Source of the DNA: Bacillus subtilis subsp. subtilis str. 168
GTDB lineage: Bacteria > Bacillota > Bacilli > Bacillales > Bacillaceae
Assembly (NCBI RefSeq): GCF_000009045.1
Contig: NC_000964.3
Span: forward strand, 3,060,001 to 3,092,000
Direction: 5' to 3'
Length of the DNA: 32,000 nucleotides
In this document: positions 1-10,247 of the stretch, piece after piece
Layout of the letters: each line of letters starts with the position of its first letter
How positions within the stretch are numbered: the stretch's first letter is position 1
Notes under the pieces: model-generated
Seen by the model: only the letters and a program-made list of their open reading frames with translations
What the model was told of the DNA's origin: nothing
The model's database searches: none
Made by a program: the position numbers and the translations under genes

Positions 1-188
1 ATGTCGGGATTTTGTTTGGCCATACCAGAAATAAATTGGCCTTTTCCTGTACCAACCTCGATATGGATCGGATTGTCGTTGCCAAACACTGTGTTCCATT
101 TCCCTTTATAATCAGCAGGATTGCTGATGGCAATATCTGCGTTTTCAGCCAAAAAGTCATCAGCCCAAGGCTTGTGGCGCATTCTCAT
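1..188 (-). CDS. trmB: tRNA (guanine-N7)-methyltransferase, N-terminal part, truncated by the window edge
   Basis: Reverse translation gives MRMRHKPWADDFLAENADIAISNPADYKGKWNTVFGNDNPIHIEVGTGKGQFISGMAKQNPD, with the SAM-binding IEVGTGKG motif typical of TrmB. The supplied + ORF 12..221 is its antisense shadow. Confidence 0.93.
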   Translation of the reverse strand, partial: MRMRHKPWADDFLAENADIAISNPADYKGKWNTVFGNDNPIHIEVGTGKGQFISGMAKQNPD

Positions 189-394
189 ATGATTGACACC
201 TCTATCTATTATTTCGACTAACAACATACCATGAATTAAAAAGACCCGCAAGCTCGTTTTTCCAGTGTATCTCTCTTAAGGCCGAGCGCATAAAAAAAGA
301 GGGTCCCGTCTGCTGGAACACTCCTTTCCCATGTATAAAAACGCTCTGTTTTGAACAATTTAACCCGTATGATACTGAAGGGATGTGTACCGTT

Positions 395-673
395 ATGGGT
401 TTACATTATGAGCATCAAGTTCATTTATTGAAGGATATATTGACTGACCATCAATTGGACTGCTGCGGAACAGTCGCAGAGTACGAGCAGCTTGAGCGTG
501 TGATTAAATCACTGATGGCAAACACCGAGCTTGATTCAAATTTCAAAAACGTGCTTGAAGATGTTTACCGCTACAGCCAATCAGGAATATCGTCCAAATC
601 CATCGACTCACACATACAAGAGCATCAGAACAGCCTGTCTCAATGGGTAGAGCAAATGGATTCGTATTCCTGA
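395..673 (+). CDS. ytzH: YtzH-like small conserved protein of unknown function
   Basis: ORF 383..673. The internal ATG at 395 (MGLHYEHQVHLLKDILTDHQ) has AAGGG upstream at workable spacing. Position next to trmB and ytmP matches B. subtilis. Confidence 0.82.
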   Translation: MGLHYEHQVHLLKDILTDHQLDCCGTVAEYEQLERVIKSLMANTELDSNFKNVLEDVYRYSQSGISSKSIDSHIQEHQNSLSQWVEQMDSYS

Positions 674-1471
674 TTAATCAACAATTCGTTTCATGAGGAT
701 ATGCAGCTCTTCCATTGCATCATGAAATTCCTTATCATTGCCTTTTGCTTTATGCCAGGCAATGAAAGTAATTGTTTCAGATAACACATACCAAGCCATT
801 CGCAACCGAAGGCTTTCTGTCAGCTCTATGCCGTACATGCTCAGCCAGCTCTCCCAAGCTGGCTTTTCGACGTAGTGGTACAGCAAAGGCCCGAGGTCCA
901 TCGCCGGATCAGCGATCATGGCGCCGTCCCAGTCAATTAAATACAGCTGGTTGTCTTCAGACAATAGCCAGTTATTATGATTGACATCACAATGGCAAAC
1001 GACTTTCTCACCGAAATGCACTTCATGCAGGTGTTCTTCCAAATACTTGATCCCTTCTTGAATCAGCGGCGAAGATTGCTGCACAGCAAATACAGCCTGC
1101 TTCAGCTGAGACAAAAGAGCCCCCGGGTTCAGCGGTTCTTTTCCAAGTCTCTTCAGCATGTCCAGCAAGGCTTTTGATGTGTGTATTTTACGAAGCAATT
1201 CAGCAACGGGCCGTCCGCTCATGTCTTTAGGCTTCAGCTCTCTGCCGGTCATCCAGTGCTGGGCCGTAATGACGTCCCCATTTTCCATCCGTTTTGTCCA
1301 AACCAGCTTCGGAACAATGCCTTCGGCGGATAAAACAGCTAAAAAAGGTGAGCTATTACGTTTTAAAAAAAGCTGCTGCCCGTTATGTTTCGCATAATAT
1401 GCATCTCCTGTAGCTCCTCCGGCGGGGAAGATCTCCCAATCGCTACCTAGTAATTGTCCCAACCAGTTCAT
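674..1471 (-). CDS. ytmP: Aminoglycoside phosphotransferase / choline kinase-fold phosphotransferase
   Basis: APH/choline kinase motifs VVCHCDVNHNNWLL (catalytic HxDxxxxN) and LYLIDWDGAMIADPAMDLG. The supplied ORF extends to 1483; an ATG at 1471 gives MNWLGQLLGSDW. Confidence 0.88.
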   Translation of the reverse strand: MNWLGQLLGSDWEIFPAGGATGDAYYAKHNGQQLFLKRNSSPFLAVLSAEGIVPKLVWTKRMENGDVITAQHWMTGRELKPKDMSGRPVAELLRKIHTSKALLDMLKRLGKEPLNPGALLSQLKQAVFAVQQSSPLIQEGIKYLEEHLHEVHFGEKVVCHCDVNHNNWLLSEDNQLYLIDWDGAMIADPAMDLGPLLYHYVEKPAWESWLSMYGIELTESLRLRMAWYVLSETITFIAWHKAKGNDKEFHDAMEELHILMKRIVD

Positions 1472-1573
1472 ATCAATGTTCAACCCATCATTTCTTAAAA
1501 TATTTTAGAATTAAGGCTAATCGTTTCTAGTCTATCCAGCGAATGCCTTTTTCGTACGAATCGTATAAAAATA

Positions 1574-1622
1574 AAAAAGACAGCTATTGAGAGTCTCATA
1601 TGCTAATCAATAGCCGTCCTTT
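1574..1622 (-). terminator. Rho-independent terminator downstream of amyX
   Basis: On the - strand: AAAGGACGGCTATTGA ... TCAATAGCTGTCTTTTTT, a stem of about 15 bp with one G-U pair followed by a U tract. Confidence 0.82.
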
Positions 1623-1650
1623 AAATTTTAGCGCTATAGCACAAACTTCG

Positions 1651-3807
1651 TCAAGCAAAACTCTTAAGATCTGATGCTAAATATAAGATAACCGTTCCGA
1701 TGCCGTTTACTGCAACCGTTTTCTTGATTTCTGTTGGGTCTTCCTGAAATCCTGATGGATCACATAAAAGCCGATAAGGTATGTCGTTTGGCAGCCTCCA
1801 CTCGACGGAGTCTGGACTCGCGTGATGGATAACAATGATATCTTTCCATTCGTCAACCTCGTCAAGATCATAAAGCCTGTATGCGATAAGGTGTTCTTTT
1901 AGCGTCAAGCATTCAAGATGGCGCTGGATGTCTGCAGCGGACCTAAGACGGAATGCAGGATGCGCTTTTCTCAGCGAGATCAGCCTGCGGATATAGTGAA
2001 CATCTTCTTTGAATGTTTCACGGCGATCCCAGTCGAGCTGGTTGATGCTGTCACTGGATTGATAGCTGTTTTCCACTCCCTGCTTCGTCCGGAAAAATTC
2101 CTGGCCGCTGTGAATAAACGGCACCCCTTGGGCAAGCAAAATAATCGCGGCTGCAAGCCTTTGCCTGCTTCGCTTTCGGCTGTCATTTTCTTGAGGAAGC
2201 GCAAAGCTCATTTTATCCCAAAAGGTGTGATTGTCGTGTGATTCGACATAATTGATGGACTGGCTTGGTTCCGGAACAATCGGTGCTAATGCCTTCCATC
2301 CGGAAGACCCGGCAATTCCATGCATCACAGCTTGTGCTGATTCACCGTTGCCGAGCGCAAACCCTGTTGCCTTAAGGTGAAAGGTGTTCCCTTTTACAGC
2401 GTCACGAAACATATCATTAAAAAAGCCGATGCCCGGCATTCTTGGCGCGTTCGCCAAAGCAGCTTTCTGTTCATGCGGCAGCGGTGTAGCCAGGTCCCAC
2501 CCTTCTCCAAAAAGCAGGATTCCGGGCTTTGCCTTAGTTGCTTTCTCTTTCATATAAAGCACGGTGTCAATATCTAAAATCCCGAGGAGATCAAAGCGGA
2601 AGCCGTCAACATTGTATTCTTCAAGCCAATAGACCACGCAATCCGCAATGAATTTTCTTGCCATCCTTCTTTCTGATGCAATATCATTGCCAACGCCGGT
2701 GCCGTTTGATGGCATCCCACATTCGTCGTGCCGGAAAAAATAACCGGGCACTGTCTTTTCAAAGGGGGAATTCTCCCTCTTATACACATGGTTAAAAACA
2801 ACATCCAGAATGACTCGCAGACCGTGCTGATGCAGGGTATTGATCATTTGTTTCAGCTCTGTTTTTCTCGTTTGAGGATCATGAGGATTTGAGGCATAGC
2901 TTCCCTCCGGGGCAAAGAAATGAAGCGGGTTATATCCCCAATTGTATGCATCAAGCGGCTTCTCTTCATCAACTCCGGCAAAATCATTCACCGGCAGAAG
3001 CTCCACATGTGTCACACCAAGCTCTTTTACATACGCTAATCCCGAAGAACTGCCATTTGCGGTTTGTGTATCAGTTTCCGTCAGCGCTAAGTATTTTCCC
3101 TTGTTTATCATGCCGCTGTTTTCATGGATGGAGAAGTCGCGAAGATGCGTCTCATAGATGACGGCATCCACAGGGTGTGAGAATGGTTTAAGAGGAGCAG
3201 TCCATTTCATTTGATCCGGGCGCAAGACGACGCCCTTCTCTCCATTTACAGTCACAGCCTTGGCATACTGGTCAACTGTTTCCATCCATTCTGAATTGTT
3301 GCAGATGCAAAACAAATACTCATATCCGTGAAGGTCACCTGTGACCGTAACGGCATAGACGCCTTTTTCCAAGCGAGTCATTTGGAATGTGCGCCCGCTT
3401 TTATTGGGGTGTGAAAGCTTGACAGCAGCTGAGGTTGCAGCAGGCGCCCATACTTTAAATACGGTATGATCCGCGGTATAAACGGCGCCCAGCTCTCCGT
3501 CATAATAAAATTCGTCATCAAACGCTGCCGTCCGGATGACCGCGCCAATTTGGAGATCCGTTTTGTGGCCGCTGGATGCTCTGACGCAATGGATTTTTCC
3601 AAATGTCACAGGATGGTCGGATACGCAGACGTACTTGTATTTTGCTTCAAGGGAGTATTCCTCCCTGACAGCCAGAGGAAAATCTGTTATTTCTGTCTCA
3701 AGCCGAAACGGCGGTGTCATGATTTCCTTTTGTTCAGCAGGAATCAGAACAGTAATGATATTCATGTCATCGACATACGCTTCGAAGCTGCGGCGGATGC
3801 TGACCAT
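1651..3807 (-). CDS. amyX: Type I pullulanase (GH13)
   Basis: 718 aa. GH13 motifs: VILDVVFNHV, VDGFRFDLLGI, ILLFGEGWDL, VNYVESHDNHT; also YNWGYNP. Confidence 0.96.
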   Translation of the reverse strand: MVSIRRSFEAYVDDMNIITVLIPAEQKEIMTPPFRLETEITDFPLAVREEYSLEAKYKYVCVSDHPVTFGKIHCVRASSGHKTDLQIGAVIRTAAFDDEFYYDGELGAVYTADHTVFKVWAPAATSAAVKLSHPNKSGRTFQMTRLEKGVYAVTVTGDLHGYEYLFCICNNSEWMETVDQYAKAVTVNGEKGVVLRPDQMKWTAPLKPFSHPVDAVIYETHLRDFSIHENSGMINKGKYLALTETDTQTANGSSSGLAYVKELGVTHVELLPVNDFAGVDEEKPLDAYNWGYNPLHFFAPEGSYASNPHDPQTRKTELKQMINTLHQHGLRVILDVVFNHVYKRENSPFEKTVPGYFFRHDECGMPSNGTGVGNDIASERRMARKFIADCVVYWLEEYNVDGFRFDLLGILDIDTVLYMKEKATKAKPGILLFGEGWDLATPLPHEQKAALANAPRMPGIGFFNDMFRDAVKGNTFHLKATGFALGNGESAQAVMHGIAGSSGWKALAPIVPEPSQSINYVESHDNHTFWDKMSFALPQENDSRKRSRQRLAAAIILLAQGVPFIHSGQEFFRTKQGVENSYQSSDSINQLDWDRRETFKEDVHYIRRLISLRKAHPAFRLRSAADIQRHLECLTLKEHLIAYRLYDLDEVDEWKDIIVIHHASPDSVEWRLPNDIPYRLLCDPSGFQEDPTEIKKTVAVNGIGTVILYLASDLKSFA

Positions 3808-3832
3808 CGGAAGCTCTCTCCTCCAAACACGT

Positions 3833-4762
3833 TTATGTTTTGATTCTTAGGGGTGAAGGACTAGATGCCAGACGAAACGGGGTAGTGCCCATGATTTCTC
3901 CGTCAGCATGGAACGGGATTTTGTCCTTCGTGTAAAATGTAATGTCCTTCGCTTTAAACATCGTAACGCCATCCATCTTTGTATGTTTTCCAAATGCCAT
4001 GAGACATAAAAGCCAATATTTTTTCAAAAACGGCTGGTTTTCAACGATTACGATATCAAATGTCTTCTCGCGCGGATTTGCTAGGGGCGCCGCCTTCATG
4101 CCTCCCCCGTAAAACGGATGGTTGGATACAACGGCAAACCAGACATCATGAAATTCGCGCGTCTCGTCTTCCGTCGTACAAGCTAATGTAAACGGCTTAA
4201 AGGTTGCCGAAGCGTGCAAATGAGAAAGCGGATACACAAGAAATCGAAGGCGGAGAAAAAGAAAAACCCGTCTCAACGGAAATTCCATCGCCTTTTTATT
4301 GACATATGCGTCAAACCCGATCCCGATATGATTCATAAAATAAAGAATCTGTGATTTATCCTGAAGGAAATTGACGCTCCCTAAATGAAAGGTTCTTGTT
4401 AACGGGCGCTTTACCTTCTTGATTTCCTGTATCAGATCGATTTTTTTAATAGAGAACCCTCGCGAAAAATCATTATACGCGCCCGCCGGCACAAAGCTCA
4501 GCTCAATATCGTCAACATCTTTCAGCCCGTTGACAACTTCATGCATGGTTCCGTCTCCGCCAATGACGATCAGGCGCTTCAGCTTATATTCCTGTATCGT
4601 TGAAATCTGTCTGGCGAGCACCTCGGCGTGTCCCGGATGTTCAGTTAAAAATGAACGGTGCTCAACCTTTCGTTTGATCAATTCTTTTTGAATGGACTTC
4701 CAAACACGCAGGCCGTTTCGATGTCCTGCTGTCGGATTAATAATAAAAAACCAATGGCTCAT
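3833..4762 (-). CDS. ytlR: Diacylglycerol kinase / lipid kinase family protein
   Basis: N-terminal FFIINPTAGHRNG and the LIVIGGDGTMHEVVNGL nucleotide-binding motif. RBS AGGTG lies before the ATG at 4762. Confidence 0.86.
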   Translation of the reverse strand: MSHWFFIINPTAGHRNGLRVWKSIQKELIKRKVEHRSFLTEHPGHAEVLARQISTIQEYKLKRLIVIGGDGTMHEVVNGLKDVDDIELSFVPAGAYNDFSRGFSIKKIDLIQEIKKVKRPLTRTFHLGSVNFLQDKSQILYFMNHIGIGFDAYVNKKAMEFPLRRVFLFLRLRFLVYPLSHLHASATFKPFTLACTTEDETREFHDVWFAVVSNHPFYGGGMKAAPLANPREKTFDIVIVENQPFLKKYWLLCLMAFGKHTKMDGVTMFKAKDITFYTKDKIPFHADGEIMGTTPFRLASSPSPLRIKT

Positions 4763-4810
4763 CTTTCTCACCTGCTTATGTTATGAGAAAACCGCTCAAA
4801 TCGTTCTCTT

Positions 4811-5725
4811 TTACTCCAGCCACTCCTGTCTGCGATAGGAGTCAGACATGCAGTAAGACAATAGAGCCTTTGCAGCCTTTACCTGATGATGTTTGATCGG
4901 AGCAGTGTTTTTCTTCTGCCGCTCAATCCATTCTTCCGCGCTCCGCTTATCCGCTATTTCTAAGCCGTATGGCGGCTCCGGGTAATCGATGTACGACGTT
5001 CTGCTCAGAAGCAATTTTCGAACCGGAATCTCAGCCTGTTTTTCCTTTACGATCTTTGACACAACCGAGTCCGTACGAAACAGGCTAAGCCCTGGATTTA
5101 ACACTGATGCAGTCTGAGAGGCTGTTTTCTTGTCCCAAAAACGATTTTTAGACCCTATGTAGACACTGTCTTCCTCAGCCTCTAAAAAAGAAACGCAATA
5201 AATTTCCAGAGGAGAAATAATCACAATGCTTAATTCAACCGCCGCCTGCTGAATTTTCAGCACAGGCTTATACATAATAAAATAAGAATCAGGCAGCTGC
5301 TGGGTCAGATAACGCAAAATGCGGTCCTGCTTCACTTGGTTTGAGAGTTGAGATATTTCTGAAAGAGTAGAGCTTGCCCATTTGAGCTGAAAATCATATA
5401 AATGCCTTTTATAAAAAGAAGCAAGCGCCACCCTGCTCTTCGGGAGCCTTACATGAATATCTTCTTCGTCCTCAAACCATTGGTGTCTCTCTTCTTGTAT
5501 ATCGGCTTTTATCTCTTCTTTTCTTCTTTTCAATGAAAATTTTTTTCGTTTCTGCACCGGTTCCGGTTCTTCAGCACTGGCTTGCCTTTCTTCATGCTGG
5601 CGCTCCGCTGCTTCTACTAGTGAAAGCCAGCGCTCTTTTTTCAAACGTACAAACTGGTTGATATAATGGTACGGATCAAGCTCATATCTCGATATATAAT
5701 CATGAATTTTGATGATTTGTGCCAT
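4811..5725 (-). CDS. ytlQ: Conserved protein of unknown function, highly charged central segment
   Basis: Long ORF ([25 protein letters not shown]...) with GGAGTGGAG upstream. No recognised domain; named from gene order. Confidence 0.78.
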
Positions 5726-5750
5726 GTTTGTTTCTCCACTCCGCAATGAA

Positions 5751-6302
5751 TTAAGATAATTGAAATTTGAATATTTCCTCGTATTTTGGTGATTGGTTCA
5801 AGTGTATTTGAAAGAGCGAAAATCGTTCAGCCATCATCGAAACCTCGCCGCTTTCAAACGGAACATGAGCTGGAAATCCATCTTCGCCTGTCCATTTTCT
5901 TGCCAGCGTCATATGAGGATGATACGGTCTTTTTTCCACTTGAAAGCCGGCCTGAAGTACAGCCTGCTTCGTATGTTCCCGCAGTCTATCAAGCGTTTTG
6001 TTTTTCTTTGGCTCCAGATGTAAAACGCGCGGCTTTCTGCGGTCGCCGAATACATCTATCTTGCCAAACTTAATTGAAAATGGATCAATTTCTGAAGCAA
6101 TCTCTGCTAGCGAACCTTCAAGCTTCTTTATTTGTGTCTCATCCGCCGCTCCGAGAAAAATTAACGTGATATGATAGTCAAGCGGGTGCACCCATTTTTG
6201 AAACGTCAATATCGGTTCGTTTTTCGCAGCCTGGTAGATCGGATTTGCAATTCCCTCAGGTATGGGAACGCCGATGAAATAATGAGGCCGTATATCTGGC
6301 AT
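5751..6302 (-). CDS. ytlP: RNA 2',3'-cyclic phosphodiesterase / 2'-5' RNA ligase family (ThpR-like)
   Basis: Two HxT/S-x motifs typical of 2H phosphoesterases: [11 protein letters not shown] and [11 protein letters not shown]. Start [17 protein letters not shown] preceded by GGGAGTG. Confidence 0.87.
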
Positions 6303-6450
6303 CCGTCTGACACTCCCTTCTTTGACAGCTATTATTTTATCAATAAAGAGGCTGTGCGGATAGAGGAACAGTGTATGAAAACACTCTCGCACAAACGTTT
6401 ATTATGTTAGGATATTATATGACACTTGTTTTATTCAGAAAGGAATGACA

Positions 6451-7386
6451 ATGTTGAAAATCGTTGCAAACACAGCTGATCTGATAGGAGATACACCGCT
6501 AGTGAGATTGAATCGGCTTCAGCCGGAAAATGCGGCACAAGTCTATTTAAAGCTTGAATTTTTCAATCCGAGCGGCAGTGTGAAAGACAGAGCCGCTTAT
6601 CAAATGATCATAGAAGCTGAACAAAACGGTTTACTCAAGCCGGGATCAGTTATTATAGAGCCGACAAGCGGAAATACCGGCATCGGGCTCGCCATGAATG
6701 CGGCAGCACGCGGATATAAAGCAATCTTAGTTATGCCTGATACGATGACGAAGGAACGGATCAACCTACTTAAAGCTTACGGTGCAGAGGTTGTATTAAC
6801 TCCCGGAGAGGAAAGAATGCCGGGCAGCATCAAAAAAGCGAAGGAGCTTGCCGAACAAATTCCGAACAGCTATATTCCAATGCAGTTCGATAACACTGCT
6901 AATCCTGATGCGCACCGAAAAACAACAGCGCCTGAAATCGCCCGGGCAATAGAGGAAATCGGAAAACCGCTCGGCGCTTTTGTAGCCTCCTCTGGAACGG
7001 GCGGAACCATTACCGGAACAGGTGAGGCGCTCAAAGAGCTTTTTCCGGATATCACGGTTCATGTTGTTGAGCCAGCGGGTTCGCCTGTATTATCCGGCGG
7101 AAAACCTGGCGCGCATAAACTTGTAGGAACGAGCCCAGGCTTTATACCGCCGATTTTAAATGAAGACGTTTATGATGAAATTATCAAAATCTCTGATGAA
7201 GACGCGTATACGACGACAAGACGGCTTGCTGCTGAAGAAGGAATTCTTGTCGGTCCTTCATCAGGCGCTGCCTGCTTCGCGGCAATCGAAACAGCGAAAC
7301 GCCTCTCTCCTGACAAAGTTGTGGTCTGCATGACAGCTGATACAGGAGAACGGTACTTATCAACTGATTTATGGTCATTTATTTAA
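6451..7386 (+). CDS. ytkP: Cysteine synthase-like PLP-dependent protein (OASS family)
   Basis: IGDTPLVRLNRL, FFNPSGSVKDRAAY (PLP lysine), EPTSGNTGIGLA, SSGTGGTITGTG. AAAGGA RBS. An alternative ATG lies at 6445. Confidence 0.9.
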   Translation: MLKIVANTADLIGDTPLVRLNRLQPENAAQVYLKLEFFNPSGSVKDRAAYQMIIEAEQNGLLKPGSVIIEPTSGNTGIGLAMNAAARGYKAILVMPDTMTKERINLLKAYGAEVVLTPGEERMPGSIKKAKELAEQIPNSYIPMQFDNTANPDAHRKTTAPEIARAIEEIGKPLGAFVASSGTGGTITGTGEALKELFPDITVHVVEPAGSPVLSGGKPGAHKLVGTSPGFIPPILNEDVYDEIIKISDEDAYTTTRRLAAEEGILVGPSSGAACFAAIETAKRLSPDKVVVCMTADTGERYLSTDLWSFI

Positions 7387-7390
7387 AAAA

Positions 7391-7419
7391 AGGACTGGCT
7401 TCAGCAGAAGCCGGTCCTT
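7391..7419. terminator. Bidirectional terminator between convergent ytkP and ytjP
   Basis: AGGACTGGCTT-CAGCAG-AAGCCGGTCCT flanked by an A-rich stretch and a T-rich stretch. Confidence 0.85.
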
Positions 7420-8811
7420 TTATTTTGCAAGCTCGTAAATGGCCTGAGCATATAACGCTGTCGATCTCAGCAGGTCATCAATTTCGATATATTCATCCTT
7501 TTGGTGTGCGCTGTCAGGGCGTCCGGGGAACAGCGGGCCGAACGCGACACCGGCTTTTAAGGATCTCGCATAAGTCCCCCCGCCGATTGAGATTAAATCA
7601 GCTTTTTTACCCAGCTGGCCTTCATAAACCTTTTGCAGGGTTTTGACTAACGGATGATCTGCGGACACGTGATGCGGCTTGCTGTCTTTGAATTCTCCCA
7701 GCTCAAATTCAGATGCGCTTTCGAATGTATCGCGGATCACTTTGCTTTCTGCTGTCACAGGATAGCGGATATTGATCCCGAGCTCGCCTCCTTGCCCTTC
7801 TTTATAGCGCAGTGTTCCGACATTTAATGTCAGCTCTCCGCTGATTTCATCCTCACAGTCGATGTCCAGTTTTTTTCCTCTTGTATCACCTGAGAACTTA
7901 TCTGTCACAACTTGCACAAACCGCTTTCCTGCATCGTCAAGCTCAGTCTGCTGGAGAAATTCGCACAATAAAATGCCGGCATTGATCCCATTGTTCGGTT
8001 CCATCGCATGGCAGGAAAGACCGTACATACGCAAAATGAGCTGTCCGTTCTCTATTGCAGCTTCCCCTTTTTGGTCCGTCGTGCGGAGCATGTCTTTAAA
8101 TGAAGACAGAATCTCTTCATTTTTCGGCCCTTCAATGACAGCTTCCGCAGCGTCGGGCACCATGTTTAAGCGAAGGCCTGATTGAAACGAGACAAGCACT
8201 GCCTTTGGTTCAGCTTGATTTGGGCGGTGCGGAATAAGTAAAGAAGCATCGATGATCCCTTTTTCCGCATTAATGATCGGAAAATCGGCGTCAGGCGCAA
8301 AGCCCATTGTTGGCATTTCTTCATGCTTGAAATAATGCTCTACGCATCTCCAATCACTTTCTTCATCTGTTCCGATAATCATTCTGACTCGCTTGGACAG
8401 GGGCAAATTCATGTCTTTCACGATTTTCAGCGCGTAGAATGCCGCCATTGTCGGGCCTTTGTCATCAATGGCGCCCCTTGCATAAATCCGTCCGTTGCGG
8501 ATTTCAGCTGAAAATGGATCACTCGTCCACCCATCTCCCGGCGGCACGACGTCAACATGGCAAAGTACGCCGATAATGTCATCGCCCTCCCCCCATTCAA
8601 TATGACCTGCGAAGCCGTCAAGATTTTTTGTTGTAAAGCCTTCTTTTTCTCCAAGCTCCAGCAATGAAGTCAGGCTGGCATTTACCCCTTCTCCAAACGG
8701 TTTACCGGGTCCGGCGGTTGTTTCGTCCATGACACTGTTGATTCTCAAAAATTCCTGTGTATCACGAATTAAATCCTCTTTTTTTCTGATCACTTCAACT
8801 TCCCAGTTCAT
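7420..8811 (-). CDS. ytjP: M20 family dipeptidase (PepV-like)
   Basis: Metallopeptidase motifs [37 protein letters not shown]. Start MNWEVEV at 8811 with AAAGGGGAT RBS. Confidence 0.92.
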   Translation of the reverse strand: MNWEVEVIRKKEDLIRDTQEFLRINSVMDETTAGPGKPFGEGVNASLTSLLELGEKEGFTTKNLDGFAGHIEWGEGDDIIGVLCHVDVVPPGDGWTSDPFSAEIRNGRIYARGAIDDKGPTMAAFYALKIVKDMNLPLSKRVRMIIGTDEESDWRCVEHYFKHEEMPTMGFAPDADFPIINAEKGIIDASLLIPHRPNQAEPKAVLVSFQSGLRLNMVPDAAEAVIEGPKNEEILSSFKDMLRTTDQKGEAAIENGQLILRMYGLSCHAMEPNNGINAGILLCEFLQQTELDDAGKRFVQVVTDKFSGDTRGKKLDIDCEDEISGELTLNVGTLRYKEGQGGELGINIRYPVTAESKVIRDTFESASEFELGEFKDSKPHHVSADHPLVKTLQKVYEGQLGKKADLISIGGGTYARSLKAGVAFGPLFPGRPDSAHQKDEYIEIDDLLRSTALYAQAIYELAK

Positions 8812-8838
8812 AATGATCCCCTTTCCGCAAGAAATGAC

Positions 8839-8867
8839 TTGCAAAAACCAAATAAAACGAATAATAT
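8839..8867 (+). promoter_or_regulatory. SigA-type promoter for pbuO
   Basis: TTGCAA (8839-8844), 17 nt spacer, TAATAT (8862-8867), about 40 bp upstream of the start codon. Confidence 0.7.
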
Positions 8868-8897
8868 TAATGGTGTTTTGTTAAAACGTTCGTAATT
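8853..8897. promoter_or_regulatory. Paired PurR binding sites (PurBoxes) in inverted orientation
   Basis: TAAAACGAATAAT (8853-8865) and, on the opposite strand, AATTACGAACGTT (8885-8897). CGAA core centres are 31 bp apart, consistent with the usual two-PurBox layout (AWWWCCGAACWWT consensus). Confidence 0.65.
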
Positions 8898-8907
8898 GGA
8901 GGATACT

Positions 8908-10206
8908 ATGTTTCATCTAAAAGAGCAGCAAACATCCATAAAGCAAGAAATCATAGCAGGGCTGACGACCTTTTTCACAATGGTCTATATCGTCGTGGTC
9001 AATCCGGTCATTCTGGCTAACGCCGGGGTTCCTTTCGACCAGGTTTTCACCGCAACGATTATTGCCTCCATTGTCGGAACGCTGTGGATGGCCCTGGCAG
9101 CAAATTATCCGATTGCTATTGCGCCCGGCATGGGCTTGAACGCTTATTTAGCCTTTCATGTCGTAAGCGCAAGCGATGGCGGCATCACGTACGCAACAGC
9201 TTTCAGCGCAGTATTTACAGCAGGGGTTCTCTTCATTATTCTATCGTTAACGCCTTTAAGAAAACAACTTATAGAAGCGATTCCAAACAATTTAAAATAC
9301 GGGATCACAACAGGGATCGGGCTGTTTATTGCTTTTATCGGTTTGCGTCAAGCGGGAATTGTGGCAGCTGATGAGTCAAACCTGGTCACTCTCGGCAATC
9401 TGCATTCACCTGGTGTTATCTTAACGCTGGTCGGCCTTTTGATCAGCGTGGTCCTGATGGTGCTGAATGTAAGCGGCGCTTTATTTATCGGAATGGCAGC
9501 TACCGCTTTGATCGCCTTTTTCACCGGTCAGCTCCATTTTTCAAAGGGATTTATGTCGCTTCCTCATTTGCCGGAAGGATTGATGATCTCAAATCCATTT
9601 ACCGCTTTTGGCGATGTCATTCATCACGGCCTGTACGCTGTCGTCTTTTCTTTTCTATTAGTCACCATTTTTGATACGACAGGCACGATGATCGGAGTTG
9701 CCGAGCAAGCCGGGCTGATGAAAAACAACAAGCTGCCGAACGTGCGAAAAGCGCTGCTTGCTGATTCAACCGCGACGACAGTAGGAGCTGTTTTCGGCAC
9801 AAGTCCGACGACTGCATTTATCGAGTCTTCCGCCGGTGTCGCAGCCGGGGGAAGAACGGGGCTTACGGCTTTGACTGTCGCGGTGATGTTTGCGGCTTCA
9901 ATGTTTTTCAGTCCGCTTGTCAGCGCCTTGTCAGGTATAGCCGCCATCACCTCGCCTGCTTTGATTATCGTCGGCAGCCTGATGATGGGCTCAGTTTCCA
10001 ATATGAACTGGAAAGAGATGGACGAGGCATTTCCTGCGTTTCTCGTCATTCTAGCCATGCCTTTGACCTCGAGCATTTCTACAGGAATCGCGCTTGGCTT
10101 TATTTCGTACCCAATTGTAAAAGCGGCGCGGGGAAAATGGAGAGAGATTCATCCGCTCGTCATCGTTTTCGCCATTCTGTTTTTCATCCAGCTGTTTATT
10201 TTATAA
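8908..10206 (+). CDS. pbuO: Purine (guanine/hypoxanthine) permease, NCS2/AzgA family
   Basis: Multi-TM protein; GLTTFFTMVYIVVVNP, PGMGLNAY, TIFDTTGTMIGVA, GTSPTTAFIESSAGVAAGGRTGLTA. TTGGAGG RBS 5 nt before the ATG at 8908. Confidence 0.94.
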   Translation: MFHLKEQQTSIKQEIIAGLTTFFTMVYIVVVNPVILANAGVPFDQVFTATIIASIVGTLWMALAANYPIAIAPGMGLNAYLAFHVVSASDGGITYATAFSAVFTAGVLFIILSLTPLRKQLIEAIPNNLKYGITTGIGLFIAFIGLRQAGIVAADESNLVTLGNLHSPGVILTLVGLLISVVLMVLNVSGALFIGMAATALIAFFTGQLHFSKGFMSLPHLPEGLMISNPFTAFGDVIHHGLYAVVFSFLLVTIFDTTGTMIGVAEQAGLMKNNKLPNVRKALLADSTATTVGAVFGTSPTTAFIESSAGVAAGGRTGLTALTVAVMFAASMFFSPLVSALSGIAAITSPALIIVGSLMMGSVSNMNWKEMDEAFPAFLVILAMPLTSSISTGIALGFISYPIVKAARGKWREIHPLVIVFAILFFIQLFIL

Positions 10207-10215
10207 GGATAGACC

Positions 10216-10247
10216 AAAAAACCCAAACGTCGCCGTTTGGGTTTTTT
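10216..10247. terminator. Bidirectional terminator between pbuO and ythQ
   Basis: Perfect 14 bp stem AAAAAACCCAAACG-TCGC-CGTTTGGGTTTTTT. Confidence 0.93.

Noticed and set aside
12-221. 69 aa + ORF at the window start
   Set aside because: The opposite strand encodes TrmB with a clear SAM-binding motif; this is an antisense shadow frame.
3466-3850. Overlapping 104-125 aa + ORFs opposite amyX
   Set aside because: Mutually overlapping frames antisense to amyX with no recognisable domain.
8811-8907. Purine riboswitch upstream of pbuO
   Set aside because: The interval is too short to hold an aptamer plus expression platform after the promoter, and no conserved aptamer core is seen; the PurBox explanation fits better.
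9624-10076. 150 aa - ORF opposite pbuO
   Set aside because: Antisense of a hydrophobic membrane protein gene, which commonly leaves long open reverse frames; no RBS or motif support.
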